Positions 36,548 to 46,700 of a DNA stretch of 64,000 nt are shown here, piece by piece (position 1 is the first letter of the stretch; each line of letters opens with the position of its first letter). The position numbers and the translations under genes were made by a program. The stretch is from NCBI GenBank assembly GCA_038244685.1, contig JBBRTD010000001.1, positions 259,569 to 323,568 of the forward strand, in the 5' to 3' direction. The DNA comes from Minisyncoccia bacterium. GTDB lineage: Bacteria > Patescibacteriota > Minisyncoccia > Phycocordibacterales > UBA9973. Below the pieces are notes generated by a model. That model saw nothing but the letters and a program-made list of their open reading frames with translations, did not search any database and was not told the origin of the DNA.

Positions 36548-39175
36548 ATGAAAAATTATATGAAAAAAATAATAGTCGGAATATTAACTTTTGTTTTCCT
36601 ATTTACAGGAATCCAGAGTGTATTTGCTTCAGGTCCATTTAATGGACAATCAGGGGATTGTAATCCAGCTATTGGAATAGGTGTTTATCCAACAAACATT
36701 CCAAGAGATAATTATGGATGTTGGTCTGCAACACAGATTTCAGCTCAACCAGGGGATACTATTAACGTTGCTATGTATTACCACAATAATACAAATGCTC
36801 CTCTTAGTAATGTTCGTGGTTCTATTGTTAAGTCATCTTCAGGGCCTGCAACTAACTTTACCTTTACAGGTAGTATGTATTCAGATCAAGGAAGTCAGAC
36901 AATAGGAACAGTAACATTAAGTCTTCCTAGTTCTCAAACTCTTACTTACAGTTCAACTCATTGGATGAAAGACGCTGCTGCTGTTAAGTCAGATACAGAT
37001 ACGAACGTCTTTGTTAATGATGGAGGTCAGATAAGTATAGGTAGTGTTCCAGCAGGTTGGAATGATTATGGAGAATTTTTGGTTGTTTATAAGGTTTCAA
37101 ACAATGTTGCTCCGCAACTTTGTAATGACCCTGCTGCTACGAACTATCACGGAACATTACCTTGTACATATCCCGCACAATTATGTGAAGACCCCGCAGC
37201 TACAAATTACCACGGAACATTACCTTGTACTTACCCAGTTGTTAAACAATGTATAATTTCAAACTTTGCTGCTAATCCAACATCAATAACATCAGGAAAT
37301 GCTTCTACTCTAACTTGGAGTACGACTGACTGTACAAGTGTTACAATTTCAAATCTCGGCTATGCTGTTCCAGTCTCTGGATCACAAGCTATTTATCCTA
37401 CTGTTACAACAAACTATGTCTTAACGGCATATGGAGCTAGCGGTCAACCTCAAACAAGACAGGCCACTGTAACTGTTAATCAAGTTCAAAATAATTGTTC
37501 AATTTCAAACTTCAATGCAAATCCTTCATCTGTAACTTCAGGTAATCCTTCAACTCTATCTTGGAATACAACTGATTGTACAAGTGTCGTTATTTCAAAC
37601 TTAGGTTACAATGTTCCTGTTTCAGGAACGCAAGTTGTTTATCCTACTGTTACTACAACTTATGTATTAACTGCCTACGGCTTAAATGGTCAGACCCAGA
37701 CAAGATCAGCAACTGTATATGTAAACCAAATTCAGAATAACTGTTCAATCTCAAATTTTACAGCAACTCCATATTCTATTACTGAGAATAATTCATCCAC
37801 TTTAACTTGGAATACAAATGATTGTACAAATGTAGTAATTTCAAATCTTGGATATTCTGTTCCAGTTTCTGGATCACAAGTTGTTTATCCTACTGTTACA
37901 ACCACATATGTATTAACTGCAAATGGAATTAACGGTCAGACTCAAACAAGATCAGCGACTGTTTATGTAACCCAGATACAAAACAATATTTGCCGTGATT
38001 ACTCCGCAACAAATTATTTAGGAACATTGCCATGTAGATATCCAGTTGTTCAAAAATGTCAGGATTACTCAGCAACAAACTACTTAGGAACACTACCTTG
38101 TAGATATCCAGTTGTGCAGCAATACTGTCAGGACTACAGTGCTACTAACTACCAGGGAACATTACCATGTAGATACGCTATAGTTCAGACTCAAGTTTGT
38201 CGCGATACAACTGCCAATAATTATCTAGGAAATTTACCTTGTAATTATTACAAAGCTCCAACTGTTTACTTGAATAAAAATGTTGTTACAACTGTAGCCA
38301 CAAATATCACAAGAAACGAAGCTCAGATAAATGGTTACATAACAAATTCAAATTACTATAATTCAAATGTTTACTTTGAATATGGAACAACTGTAAATCT
38401 TGGCTCACGTACAGCTTCAAAGAGTACAAATGGAAATACTAGTTTCAATGAAAGCCTAAGAGGTCTTAGTCCAAATACAATATATTTCTTCCAGGCCGTT
38501 GGAGATGGATCTGATGGTATAGCTAGAGGAAGTATTGAAATATTTAAGACATTAGCAGATGCAACTGTTAAACCAATAATTATTCAAGGTACAACTATTA
38601 TCGGTAATGCTTCTCCTGTAAGACTAACAATTAGTAATAAATACCAATTGATAGGAGCAGGTGACTTAATTGACTATGTTGTTACTTATAAGAATATTGG
38701 TAAAAATAAACTTATAAGACCAATGGTTCAAGTTGTCCTTCCTACAAACGTTACACTTATAAATTCTTCACGTGGAACTTATTCAGTTGATACACATACT
38801 CTATCTGCTCCAATTGAAGATCTAGAGAGTGGTCAAGAGGGAATTATAAACCTACAAGCTAGAGTTGATTCAATACCATTGAATAATTCTCAGATTGTAA
38901 CTACTGCAATTCTTGTTTACACAAATCCAAACGGTGCTCAGGAAAATGCTATGACTTATGTTATAAATATCCCAAAGTTAATCGGAGGAACTGCGACAAC
39001 TCTTGTCACTGATGGTTCTGTTTTAGGAGGCTCAGTTTTATTTGGAGGACTATTCTCAATCGGTCTTCTAGGTTGGTTATTGATACTTCTATTAATAATG
39101 CTTATCGTTTTGATCTCTCGTTCTTTTAATAGAAGAGCTCCAAATGATGTCATTGTTCACAATCAGACACATTAA
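36548..39175 (+). CDS. Large repeat-rich surface protein (Cys-rich repeats, Ig-like repeats, FN3/DUF11-like domains, C-terminal TM)
   Basis: Signal peptide, six CxDxxA[TN]NYxGxLPCxY units, three ~82-aa ISNFxAxPxSIT..STLxW repeats, GDLIDYVVTYKN and a C-terminal TM segment. Confidence 0.85.
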   Translation: MKNYMKKIIVGILTFVFLFTGIQSVFASGPFNGQSGDCNPAIGIGVYPTNIPRDNYGCWSATQISAQPGDTINVAMYYHNNTNAPLSNVRGSIVKSSSGPATNFTFTGSMYSDQGSQTIGTVTLSLPSSQTLTYSSTHWMKDAAAVKSDTDTNVFVNDGGQISIGSVPAGWNDYGEFLVVYKVSNNVAPQLCNDPAATNYHGTLPCTYPAQLCEDPAATNYHGTLPCTYPVVKQCIISNFAANPTSITSGNASTLTWSTTDCTSVTISNLGYAVPVSGSQAIYPTVTTNYVLTAYGASGQPQTRQATVTVNQVQNNCSISNFNANPSSVTSGNPSTLSWNTTDCTSVVISNLGYNVPVSGTQVVYPTVTTTYVLTAYGLNGQTQTRSATVYVNQIQNNCSISNFTATPYSITENNSSTLTWNTNDCTNVVISNLGYSVPVSGSQVVYPTVTTTYVLTANGINGQTQTRSATVYVTQIQNNICRDYSATNYLGTLPCRYPVVQKCQDYSATNYLGTLPCRYPVVQQYCQDYSATNYQGTLPCRYAIVQTQVCRDTTANNYLGNLPCNYYKAPTVYLNKNVVTTVATNITRNEAQINGYITNSNYYNSNVYFEYGTTVNLGSRTASKSTNGNTSFNESLRGLSPNTIYFFQAVGDGSDGIARGSIEIFKTLADATVKPIIIQGTTIIGNASPVRLTISNKYQLIGAGDLIDYVVTYKNIGKNKLIRPMVQVVLPTNVTLINSSRGTYSVDTHTLSAPIEDLESGQEGIINLQARVDSIPLNNSQIVTTAILVYTNPNGAQENAMTYVINIPKLIGGTATTLVTDGSVLGGSVLFGGLFSIGLLGWLLILLLIMLIVLISRSFNRRAPNDVIVHNQTH

Positions 39176-39185
39176 TAAGAAATAA

Positions 39186-39226
39186 ATAACACACCCGCCA
39201 CAAAATATGTGGCGGGTGTGTTATTA
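39186..39226. terminator. Intrinsic terminator hairpin
   Basis: aataacacacccgccaca-aaata-tgtggcgggtgtgttatt. Confidence 0.75.
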
Positions 39227-39235
39227 TATATGTAT

Positions 39236-39676
39236 ATGGAAAAGGTATTAAATCTAGCCGATATTGGCCAAATTACAAAAGAAATTATCGAAGAAGTAAG
39301 TAAGGGTGATCGCGATCTTGCTACTATTATTACTTTTTCTGGTGAATTAGGAGCAGGTAAAACAACAATAACAAAAGAACTAGCCAAGCAACTTGGCATT
39401 AAAGAGCATGTAGTTTCTCCAACTTTTGTTATTATGAAAATATATAAGACAAAAAATATTAAATTCAAAAATTTAATACATATTGATGCATATAGGTTAG
39501 AAAAGAAAGAAGAGTTACTTTCTCTTGGTTGGGCAGAAATTATTAAAAATAAAGATAATTTAATTATTGTGGACTGGCCAGAAAGAGTATTTGAATGCTT
39601 CCCAAAAGATATTTTTAAGGTAAAACTAGAGCACAAAGACGAGGACACTAGAACTATTAATTTTTGCTATAATTAG
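39236..39676 (+). CDS. tsaE: tRNA t6A biosynthesis ATPase TsaE
   Basis: GELGAGKTT, SPTFVI, HIDAYRL and DWPE. The ORF-track start at 39209 lies inside the terminator. Confidence 0.93.
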   Translation: MEKVLNLADIGQITKEIIEEVSKGDRDLATIITFSGELGAGKTTITKELAKQLGIKEHVVSPTFVIMKIYKTKNIKFKNLIHIDAYRLEKKEELLSLGWAEIIKNKDNLIIVDWPERVFECFPKDIFKVKLEHKDEDTRTINFCYN

Positions 39677-39678
39677 AT

Positions 39679-42090
39679 ATGGTAAAAAAAAGAGAATTAA
39701 ATAAAAAGCTTGTTTTGCTTGATACACATGCAATAATTCATCGCGCATACCACGCCCTCCCTGAATTTATGAATTCAAAGGGTGAGCCAACTGGAGCTAT
39801 TTATGGACTCGCAACCATGCTTTTTAAGATTATTTCTGAACTTAATCCTGATTATATAATTGCTTGTTATGACTTGCCGAAGAAAACATTTAGACATTTA
39901 GCTTATGATGATTATAAGGCTGGACGGGCCAAAGCTGACGATGCTCTTGTTGTTCAACTTATCCGTTCTCGCGAATTTTTTCAAGCACTCTCAATTCCAA
40001 TGTATGAATGTGAAGGTTTTGAAGCTGATGATTTACTTGGAACCATAACCGAAAAAGTAAAATCAATAAAAGAAATGGAAGTGATTATTGCTTCAGGGGA
40101 TATGGACACCTTACAGTTGGTTGATAAAAACCGAGTAAAAGTTTACACACTAAAGAAAGGTATAAATGATACTATTTTATATAATGAAGAAAAAGTAAAA
40201 GAGCGTTTTGGTTTCGACCCAATTTATCTACCAGACTATAAAGGTCTTCGCGGCGATCCGTCGGACAATATTATCGGTATTAAGGGTATTGGTGAAAAGA
40301 CTGCCACTATCTTAATCTCTAAATATGGAACAATTGAGAAAATGTATAAAGACATAAAGAAAAGTCCTGAAATTTTTAAAGGTCTTGGTATAACAGAGAG
40401 GGTTTTTTCTCTTTTAAAAGAAGGAGAGGATGAGGCTATTTTTTCAAAGACGTTGGCGACAATAAGGCGTGATGCCCCGATTGATTTTAAGTTACCAGGA
40501 AACTGGAAGGAGAATGTTGAAATTAACGATGTTGATTTATTTTTCAAAAAGATGGAATTTAAAAGTTTACAAAATAGATTTTTAAATATATTAGGGAAGG
40601 GGGTTTCAGAAAAAGCTGCTGATAAAAAACAGAAAGAAGAAGATATTTTACAAGGAGAAGATAAAAGTAAAATAACAAAAGCCAAAATTGCTTTTTGGCT
40701 TTTGGATTCAGAAAAGACAAATCCTGATATAAATGAAGTTATTGAATATAAAAATAGTAATTCACTCGATGGGGCCTTGGTAAAAATGGAAGAAGATATA
40801 CAGAAAGAAGACCTTGAGTATGTATATAAAGAAATTGAGCTGCCCATTATTCCCATAGTTGAGCGTATGGAGAAAATTGGTATTAAAATTGATTTAGATT
40901 ATTTCAGTAAAATTTCAAAAGAATATCATTTTGATTTAGAAAAAATTGAGAAAGAGATATGGGCTTACGCTGGAAGGGAGTTCAATATTAATTCACCAAA
41001 GCAATTAGGTGAGATTCTTTTTGATGAAATTAAAATAGGAGAAGTTGATGGTAAATCTCTTGGACTTAAAATGAAAAAGACAAGTGGGGGAGCTCGTTCA
41101 ACTCGCGAAAGTGAACTTGAAAAACTTCGGGATCTTCATCCTATAATAGATAAGATTTTAGAACATAGAGAATTACAAAAGTTACTTTCAACTTATATAG
41201 ATACTATTCCATCTTTGGTTGGAAAAGATGGAAGGCTCCATGCTAGCTTTTTGCAATACGGGACTACGACAGGAAGATTCTCTTCTAACAATCCAAATTT
41301 GCAGAATATACCCATAAAGACAGAACGCGGCAAAAATATAAGAAACGCATTTATTGCTGAAGATGGCTATTTATTAGTTTCATTTGATTATTCTCAGATA
41401 GAACTTCGAATTGCAGCCCTCTTGTCTCAAGATTCATATTTTATTAAAACATTTCAAGAAGGGAAAGATATCCATTCTGCAGTAGCGATGAAAGTTTTTG
41501 GAGTCAAAGAAGGAGATGTAACCGCCGACATGCGTCGTCGAGCTAAGGTCATAAATTTTGGAATTCTTTACGGTATGGGAGTAACTGCCTTAAGTCAAAA
41601 CTTGGGAACAAATAGAAAGGATGCCCAAATATTTTATGATAATTATTTCAATCAATTCCCTACGATTGCAAATTATTTAGAGAGCATTAAAATATTTGCC
41701 AGAGAACATGGTTATACACAAACCCTTTTTAAGCGAAAAAGGTATTTTCCTGCCATTAACTCTTCTCTACCATTTATGAAGGCCATGGCAGAGCGCATGG
41801 CAACAAATGCACCCATTCAAGGGACGGCAACTGCTGATATTATAAAGATAGGAATGAAAAAAGTAGAGGAGGGACTGATTAATTCAGGGATATTAGATGA
41901 TGTCAGAATGGTCTTGCAAGTTCATGATGAATTAGTCTATGAGATTAAAGAAGATAAATTAGAAGTAGCCAAGAGAATCATAGAAAAGGGAATGATAGAG
42001 GCTATTCCAAGGGATTTTATTAAAGAGATGACTCCTGTTCCTCTCGCTGTTAGTTACGGTTTTGGTAAAAATTGGGGTGGATTAAAGTAG
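39679..42090 (+). CDS. polA: DNA polymerase I (5'-3' exonuclease and polymerase domains; 3'-5' exonuclease domain reduced)
   Basis: EADD, GDPSDNIIGIKGIGEKTA, TGRFSSNNPNLQNIP, DYSQIELR and QVHDEL. Confidence 0.96.
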   Translation: MVKKRELNKKLVLLDTHAIIHRAYHALPEFMNSKGEPTGAIYGLATMLFKIISELNPDYIIACYDLPKKTFRHLAYDDYKAGRAKADDALVVQLIRSREFFQALSIPMYECEGFEADDLLGTITEKVKSIKEMEVIIASGDMDTLQLVDKNRVKVYTLKKGINDTILYNEEKVKERFGFDPIYLPDYKGLRGDPSDNIIGIKGIGEKTATILISKYGTIEKMYKDIKKSPEIFKGLGITERVFSLLKEGEDEAIFSKTLATIRRDAPIDFKLPGNWKENVEINDVDLFFKKMEFKSLQNRFLNILGKGVSEKAADKKQKEEDILQGEDKSKITKAKIAFWLLDSEKTNPDINEVIEYKNSNSLDGALVKMEEDIQKEDLEYVYKEIELPIIPIVERMEKIGIKIDLDYFSKISKEYHFDLEKIEKEIWAYAGREFNINSPKQLGEILFDEIKIGEVDGKSLGLKMKKTSGGARSTRESELEKLRDLHPIIDKILEHRELQKLLSTYIDTIPSLVGKDGRLHASFLQYGTTTGRFSSNNPNLQNIPIKTERGKNIRNAFIAEDGYLLVSFDYSQIELRIAALLSQDSYFIKTFQEGKDIHSAVAMKVFGVKEGDVTADMRRRAKVINFGILYGMGVTALSQNLGTNRKDAQIFYDNYFNQFPTIANYLESIKIFAREHGYTQTLFKRKRYFPAINSSLPFMKAMAERMATNAPIQGTATADIIKIGMKKVEEGLINSGILDDVRMVLQVHDELVYEIKEDKLEVAKRIIEKGMIEAIPRDFIKEMTPVPLAVSYGFGKNWGGLK

Positions 42091-42125
42091 TGGCATAATT
42101 TTATTTCTAGTGATAGGATTAATAT

Positions 42126-42626
42126 ATGGACGAATATAATAAAAATTTAAATATTAAAAACTCATCTAAGTCAGGAATTGTTCATGTTCTTCTTTCTCGG
42201 TCTTATGCAATATACTTCTTTGCTGTTTTATTTGGTGCTATTTTTGACATCGTATTTCATTTTGATATTTTTGGAAATTATATATATCAATATGTTGGAA
42301 TTATAATGATCATATTAGGTTCATTCTTTGTTTACTGGGCACAATCAACAACCAGCCAGCCAAAAAGTGAAATAAATAAAGAAAGAGATACTAATTTCTT
42401 TTTGCGCGGTCCATATAAATATACAAGGAATCCAACAAATTTCGGAGTAGCTTTTATGTCTTTAGGTTTAGGTTTTTTAATAAATTCTCTGTTTTCTGTC
42501 ATATTTATAGTGATAGCGTATCTTATCTCAAAATTAATTTTTATTAAAAAACAGGATTCTATTCTAGAAGAAAGATATGGAAGTGTTTTTGATGATTACA
42601 AAAAGAAAGTTAAAAATTGGCTATGA
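42126..42626 (+). CDS. ICMT/PEMT-family membrane methyltransferase
   Basis: GPYKYTRNP, L..RYG..FDDYKKKV and TM helices. Confidence 0.8.
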   Translation: MDEYNKNLNIKNSSKSGIVHVLLSRSYAIYFFAVLFGAIFDIVFHFDIFGNYIYQYVGIIMIILGSFFVYWAQSTTSQPKSEINKERDTNFFLRGPYKYTRNPTNFGVAFMSLGLGFLINSLFSVIFIVIAYLISKLIFIKKQDSILEERYGSVFDDYKKKVKNWL

Positions 42627-43261
42627 TTCATATCTTGGTTGGAGGGGATACAAAAAATAAAAGTAATTACATAAAAGAGCTCACAGGAAAGAGTGAGTCT
42701 TTTTTTATTCCAACTAATTTATTAACCAAGGATTTGCTAATGAGTTATTCTAGTAATATAAGTTTGTTTGGGGAGTCTCCATTTATTATTGCTGAAAATA
42801 TTTTAAATGATGATAATTTAATTTTCTTACAAGAAGAATTAAATTCGTTAAAAGATTCAGAAACAATTTTTATTATAAAAGAAGATAAAATGTCTGTTCC
42901 TCTTCAGAAGAAGTACAAGAATTATGGTAATATAAAAATTTTTGAAGAAAAGAAGATAATACCAATATCTAAATTTAATATCTTTAGCTTAACAGATGCT
43001 TATTCCAATCGTGATAAAATTAAAACCTGGATTATTTTTAATAATGCTATTTTATCTGGCTTAGAGCCTGAAGCGATTGCCGGAGTTTTATTTTGGAAAA
43101 TAAAAACCATGATATTAAACGGAAGCCGTAGCTTTAATAAGGAAGAACTTAAATCTCAATCAAGCCATATTGTCTCTTTATATCATAAGGCCCACAGAGG
43201 AGAGTCCGACTTTGCTATTTCCCTAGAGCAGTTTATTCTCTCATCTTTGTCTTCTCGTTAA
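42623..43261 (+). CDS. holA: DNA polymerase III delta subunit-like (short)
   Basis: SLFG motif, FNIFSLTDA and C-terminal LEQFIL. Confidence 0.6.
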   Translation: MIHILVGGDTKNKSNYIKELTGKSESFFIPTNLLTKDLLMSYSSNISLFGESPFIIAENILNDDNLIFLQEELNSLKDSETIFIIKEDKMSVPLQKKYKNYGNIKIFEEKKIIPISKFNIFSLTDAYSNRDKIKTWIIFNNAILSGLEPEAIAGVLFWKIKTMILNGSRSFNKEELKSQSSHIVSLYHKAHRGESDFAISLEQFILSSLSSR

Positions 43262-43279
43262 AAATGGTATAATAAAAAA

Positions 43280-43537
43280 ATGGAATCAATTTTGAAATCA
43301 GAAATTTTTTTCTTCATTAGCTCTGTTTCCGTAATTTTAATTACAGTTATTTTTATTATTGTAGGTTTTTATTTGATAAAGATAATGAAAAATTTTTCCG
43401 AAATATCGGAGAAAATTAAAGATACAGTAAATGGAGCCACTTCTTCACTTGAGGAAGTAGGGGAGAATATAAAAGAAAGTTTGATTTTTCGCTTCTTTTT
43501 TGGCAAGAAAAGAAGGAGCAAAGAAAGTAAGAAATAA
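43280..43537 (+). CDS. Small membrane protein (DUF948-like)
   Basis: Single TM segment plus coiled coil, with an upstream TGgTATAAT. Confidence 0.6.
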   Translation: MESILKSEIFFFISSVSVILITVIFIIVGFYLIKIMKNFSEISEKIKDTVNGATSSLEEVGENIKESLIFRFFFGKKRRSKESKK

Positions 43538-43566
43538 TTATTAATAAATTTTAACACATAAATTAT

Positions 43567-43935
43567 ATGGCAAAGATAAACAAAAAAGGTTTAAGTGGAG
43601 GGGAGGTTGTAGGGATAGGAGCCACAGTTGCGGCCTTAGGAGCTGCTGCTTATATTCTTTTTGGACCAGAAGGAAAGAAGAATAAAAAGGTAATTCGTGG
43701 ATGGGCAGTTAAAATGAAGGGAGAAATAATTGAGAAATTAGAAGAAGTAAAAGAAATTTCTGAACCAGTCTACCAAAATATAATAGACAAAGTTTCAGAA
43801 AAATACGCAAAGGTTAAAAAAGTTGACCCTAAAGAATTAGAAGTTGCTATTTTGGATGTTAAGAAGCATTGGAAAACAATGATGAAAGATGCAAAACCAA
43901 AGAAAAAAGCAAAAGTAGTAAAAGCTAAAAAATAA
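43567..43935 (+). CDS. Hypothetical protein with YtxH-like N-terminus
   Basis: Ala/Gly-rich hydrophobic segment, FGPEGKKNKK and a Lys-rich tail. Confidence 0.7.
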   Translation: MAKINKKGLSGGEVVGIGATVAALGAAAYILFGPEGKKNKKVIRGWAVKMKGEIIEKLEEVKEISEPVYQNIIDKVSEKYAKVKKVDPKELEVAILDVKKHWKTMMKDAKPKKKAKVVKAKK

Positions 43936-43943
43936 ACTCAATA

Positions 43944-43981
43944 TAAAAACCCCTACCGATGTACATCGGTAGGGGTTTTTA
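43944..43981. terminator. Perfect 38-bp palindrome acting as a terminator
   Basis: taaaaacccctaccgatgt|acatcggtaggggttttta. Confidence 0.8.
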
Positions 43982-43982
43982 C

Positions 43983-44112
43983 GAGCTTTTTCGCTTTCAA
44001 AGGCCAAACTTTTGCGGACCAAAAGAAAAGGCCTAGGAGTCATTTCTTTATTATCTTTTGAAGATAAAGGAGTGGCTCCTGGGCCTTTTGGCTTTTAGGA
44101 ACGAAAGAACTC
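43983..44112 (+). repeat. Long branched fold-back element
   Basis: Stem ggcctaggagtcatt/agtggctcctgggcc with G-U pairs, side hairpin cttttg-cggac-caaaag and outer arms gagctttttcg/cgaaagaactc. Confidence 0.6.
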
Positions 44113-44407
44113 ATTAAACACTTTTATAAATAATCGTGTTTAGTAAAAATGAACTAATCAATATTATAATTATTACTATATTCTCTTCTCTATCAAGAAA
44201 AAATAATACAATTAATAACTTAGGTACTATTATACACTAAATTTCCAGAATTCAAAATATTTTATAGGGAAAATTCTATATATTGATTTTATCTGATAAA
44301 TATGGTACTTTTGTGTATAGTCATTAGCGTTAGTATAATACCTTTCGTATTTCAGTTATAGTGTTTTCAGCTGAATGTTAAGAGAGTATAGTTTAATAAT
44401 AAAATAT

Positions 44408-44480
44408 CCCCTCGTAGCTCAGTCGGTAGAGCAGCTCCCTTTTAAGGAGATGGTCGTAGGTTCGATTCCTACCGAGGGGA
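44408..44480 (+). tRNA. tRNA-Lys(UUU)
   Basis: Cloverleaf with acceptor cccctcg/cgagggg, anticodon loop cttttaa and T arm gtagg-ttcgatt-cctac. No encoded CCA. Confidence 0.95.
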
Positions 44481-44482
44481 CA

Positions 44483-44959
44483 ATGAAGAAATCTATTGTT
44501 TCAGTTCTCATTCTTCCCGATATACGCTCGGCACTAAATGTCGGAGCGATTTTTCGTACAGCCGATGCTGTTGGTATAAATAAAATTTATCTTATTGGTT
44601 GTACCCCAAGACCGACAGATCAATTCGGACGTATTCAAAAGGATATAAGTAAAAGTGCCCTTGGAGCTGAGACTTGGATACCTTGGGAATATAAAGAAAA
44701 ACTACTTCCTTTAATAAAAACCTTAAAGAAACAGGGCTATGAAGTCGTGGCCCTTGAGCAAGATATAAACTCGATTGATTATCGTAAATATAAAAAACCA
44801 GAGAAACTGGCCTTTATTTTAGGTCCTGAAGTTACAGGTCTTGATAAAAAAATCCTTAAAAATTGTGACAAAATAGTCGAGATACCAATGTATGGCAGAA
44901 AAGAATCCTTAAATGTTTCAGTAGCTTGCGGTATTTCTTTATTTAGGATACTAAGATAG
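44483..44959 (+). CDS. TrmH/SpoU family RNA methyltransferase
   Basis: IRSALNVGAIFRTAD, ILGPEVTG and EIPMYGRKESLNVSVA. The ATG is 2 nt after the tRNA. Confidence 0.92.
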   Translation: MKKSIVSVLILPDIRSALNVGAIFRTADAVGINKIYLIGCTPRPTDQFGRIQKDISKSALGAETWIPWEYKEKLLPLIKTLKKQGYEVVALEQDINSIDYRKYKKPEKLAFILGPEVTGLDKKILKNCDKIVEIPMYGRKESLNVSVACGISLFRILR

Positions 44960-44963
44960 TAGA

Positions 44964-45164
44964 TTATTGTATTAATACTGATTGTCCTTTTATGAAAGGC
45001 TTGTCAGTATTTTCTGTTTTTGGCTTACCACTCAGAACCCAAATTACAAAAAGAACAATAACAAATATTATAATTTCAACTCCGAAACTTACTTCACCCC
45101 CGCTCTTTTTCTTGGTCTCAGTTTTCTTTTTTTCTACTTTTTTATCTTTTGGTTTTTCTGCCAT
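44964..45164 (-). CDS. Small single-pass membrane protein
   Basis: Lys-rich N-terminus plus one TM segment, downstream of mutM. Confidence 0.6.
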   Translation of the reverse strand: MAEKPKDKKVEKKKTETKKKSGGEVSFGVEIIIFVIVLFVIWVLSGKPKTENTDKPFIKGQSVLIQ

Positions 45165-45190
45165 ATTTTATGCTCGCTTACTAGCGGCGA

Positions 45191-46120
45191 TTAATTGAAT
45201 AATTTTTGATGTGTATTACAGAAGTGTGCACTGCGCCCATCTAATACTTTTCTTATTATAACACCCCGACAGCCTCTCTTACTACAAGCTTCTCCTTTTT
45301 TACGGTATACATTATGATGGTTTTGGAAATTTCCTTTGGCGCCATCTATATTTCTATAGTCAGACATCGAGTCACCACCAAAATCTATTCCTTTATTTAA
45401 AATATCCTTCATTTCTTTATACAATAGAGATAGAATTTTACTCGTGATTTTAGAAGGTTTTGATTCTGGACTAATTCCGGCTAGCCATAGCATTTCATCA
45501 GAATATATATTCCCGATACCTGCAATGATAGATTGATCCATAAGGACAGTTTTTATATTTTTATTGGGTCTTAATAAAAGCTGATTTTTAAATTTTTCAA
45601 AAGTGAAATTTTTTTCCAACGGTTCATTTCCAAGATTTTTTAGATGAATAGTTTCATTCATACTTTCCGAGTTAAGAAGTGTTATCTTGCCAAACTTACG
45701 AGAGTCACAAAAAGCCATGGACTTGCCATTTGAAAGAGAAAAAAGGACATGGATAAATCGATTATAAGGGTCATGAAGTTCCTTCCTTTCTTTAATATCA
45801 GGAATCCATTTATTCTCCTTTTTATTGTAGTTATAATAGCCAACAATAATATGGCCCGTCATTTTTAAGTGAATGAGGATAGTCTTTTGGTTTGAGAGAT
45901 TTATTAATATATTTTTAGCTCTTCTTTCTACACTTAAAACTTTTGAATTTTTTATATCGTTTCTAAATTTTTTGAAAAATAATGCATCTTTAACTGTATT
46001 TTTAAATTGTTTTATTGGATTTTCTTTTGAAATATCAGTCCAGACATCTAGGAAGGAGAGTCCTTTCAGGGCAACATTTAATCCGTTGACTGTAGTTGTG
46101 ACTTCTGGTAATTCAGGCAT
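45191..46120 (-). CDS. mutM: Formamidopyrimidine-DNA glycosylase
   Basis: MPELPEV, HLKMTG, DSRKFG, GIGNIYSDE and a C-terminal Zn finger. Confidence 0.96.
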   Translation of the reverse strand: MPELPEVTTTVNGLNVALKGLSFLDVWTDISKENPIKQFKNTVKDALFFKKFRNDIKNSKVLSVERRAKNILINLSNQKTILIHLKMTGHIIVGYYNYNKKENKWIPDIKERKELHDPYNRFIHVLFSLSNGKSMAFCDSRKFGKITLLNSESMNETIHLKNLGNEPLEKNFTFEKFKNQLLLRPNKNIKTVLMDQSIIAGIGNIYSDEMLWLAGISPESKPSKITSKILSLLYKEMKDILNKGIDFGGDSMSDYRNIDGAKGNFQNHHNVYRKKGEACSKRGCRGVIIRKVLDGRSAHFCNTHQKLFN

Positions 46121-46121
46121 A

Positions 46122-46700
46122 TTATCTTCCTCCTAAAATTTTAAGGGCTTCTTTTATTCGAGCATTGGTTCCTATAAGTTCACTTGGTACTTTATTTAAT
46201 GCGTCGCGGGCTTCATTTTGGGAATACCCCAAAGACTTAAGAGCTTCCAAGATATCTCCTTCTTCTCTCAATGTACTTGGAGTATCATTACTGTCTTTGT
46301 AATTTTTTAATTTATCTCGAAGTTCAATTATAATCTTTTCGGCTGTTTTTTTACCAATACCAGAAACCTTATTTAGATAACTAACATCCCCAGTCGCGAC
46401 GGCTCTTTTAATCGTATTAATTGGAGCCAGAGCAATAATACCAAGAGCAGATCTTGGTCCAATACCTGAAACGTCTAAAAGTAGTTCAAAGAAAGACAAA
46501 GCTTCTGTGTTTGAAAAGCCATATAAATCTATTGAATTTTCTCGAACAGCTGTGTAGATGAATAAAGATATTTCATCTCCTTCTTTATTATTTAATCTTA
46601 CATCTTCGGTTACGGATACTTTATATCCGATATCTCCGGTATTTATAATTATGAATTTATCTGTTGAGTATATAATTTCTCCTTTTAAATAGGCTATCAT
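46122..46700 (-). CDS. ruvA: Holliday junction DNA-binding protein RuvA
   Basis: MIAYLKG, LYGF, VSGIGPRSA, GIGKKTAEKIIIELRDK and ALKSLGY. Confidence 0.96.
   Translation of the reverse strand: MIAYLKGEIIYSTDKFIIINTGDIGYKVSVTEDVRLNNKEGDEISLFIYTAVRENSIDLYGFSNTEALSFFELLLDVSGIGPRSALGIIALAPINTIKRAVATGDVSYLNKVSGIGKKTAEKIIIELRDKLKNYKDSNDTPSTLREEGDILEALKSLGYSQNEARDALNKVPSELIGTNARIKEALKILGGR

Noticed and set aside
36548-39175. Repeats as a CRISPR array or DGR template/variable pair
   Set aside because: The repeats are in-frame protein modules with synonymous divergence. There are no spacers, cas genes, reverse transcriptase or adenine-specific mismatches.
44375-44482. N-terminal extension of the TrmH ORF in the ORF track
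   Set aside because: It runs through tRNA-Lys. The real start is the ATG at 44483.
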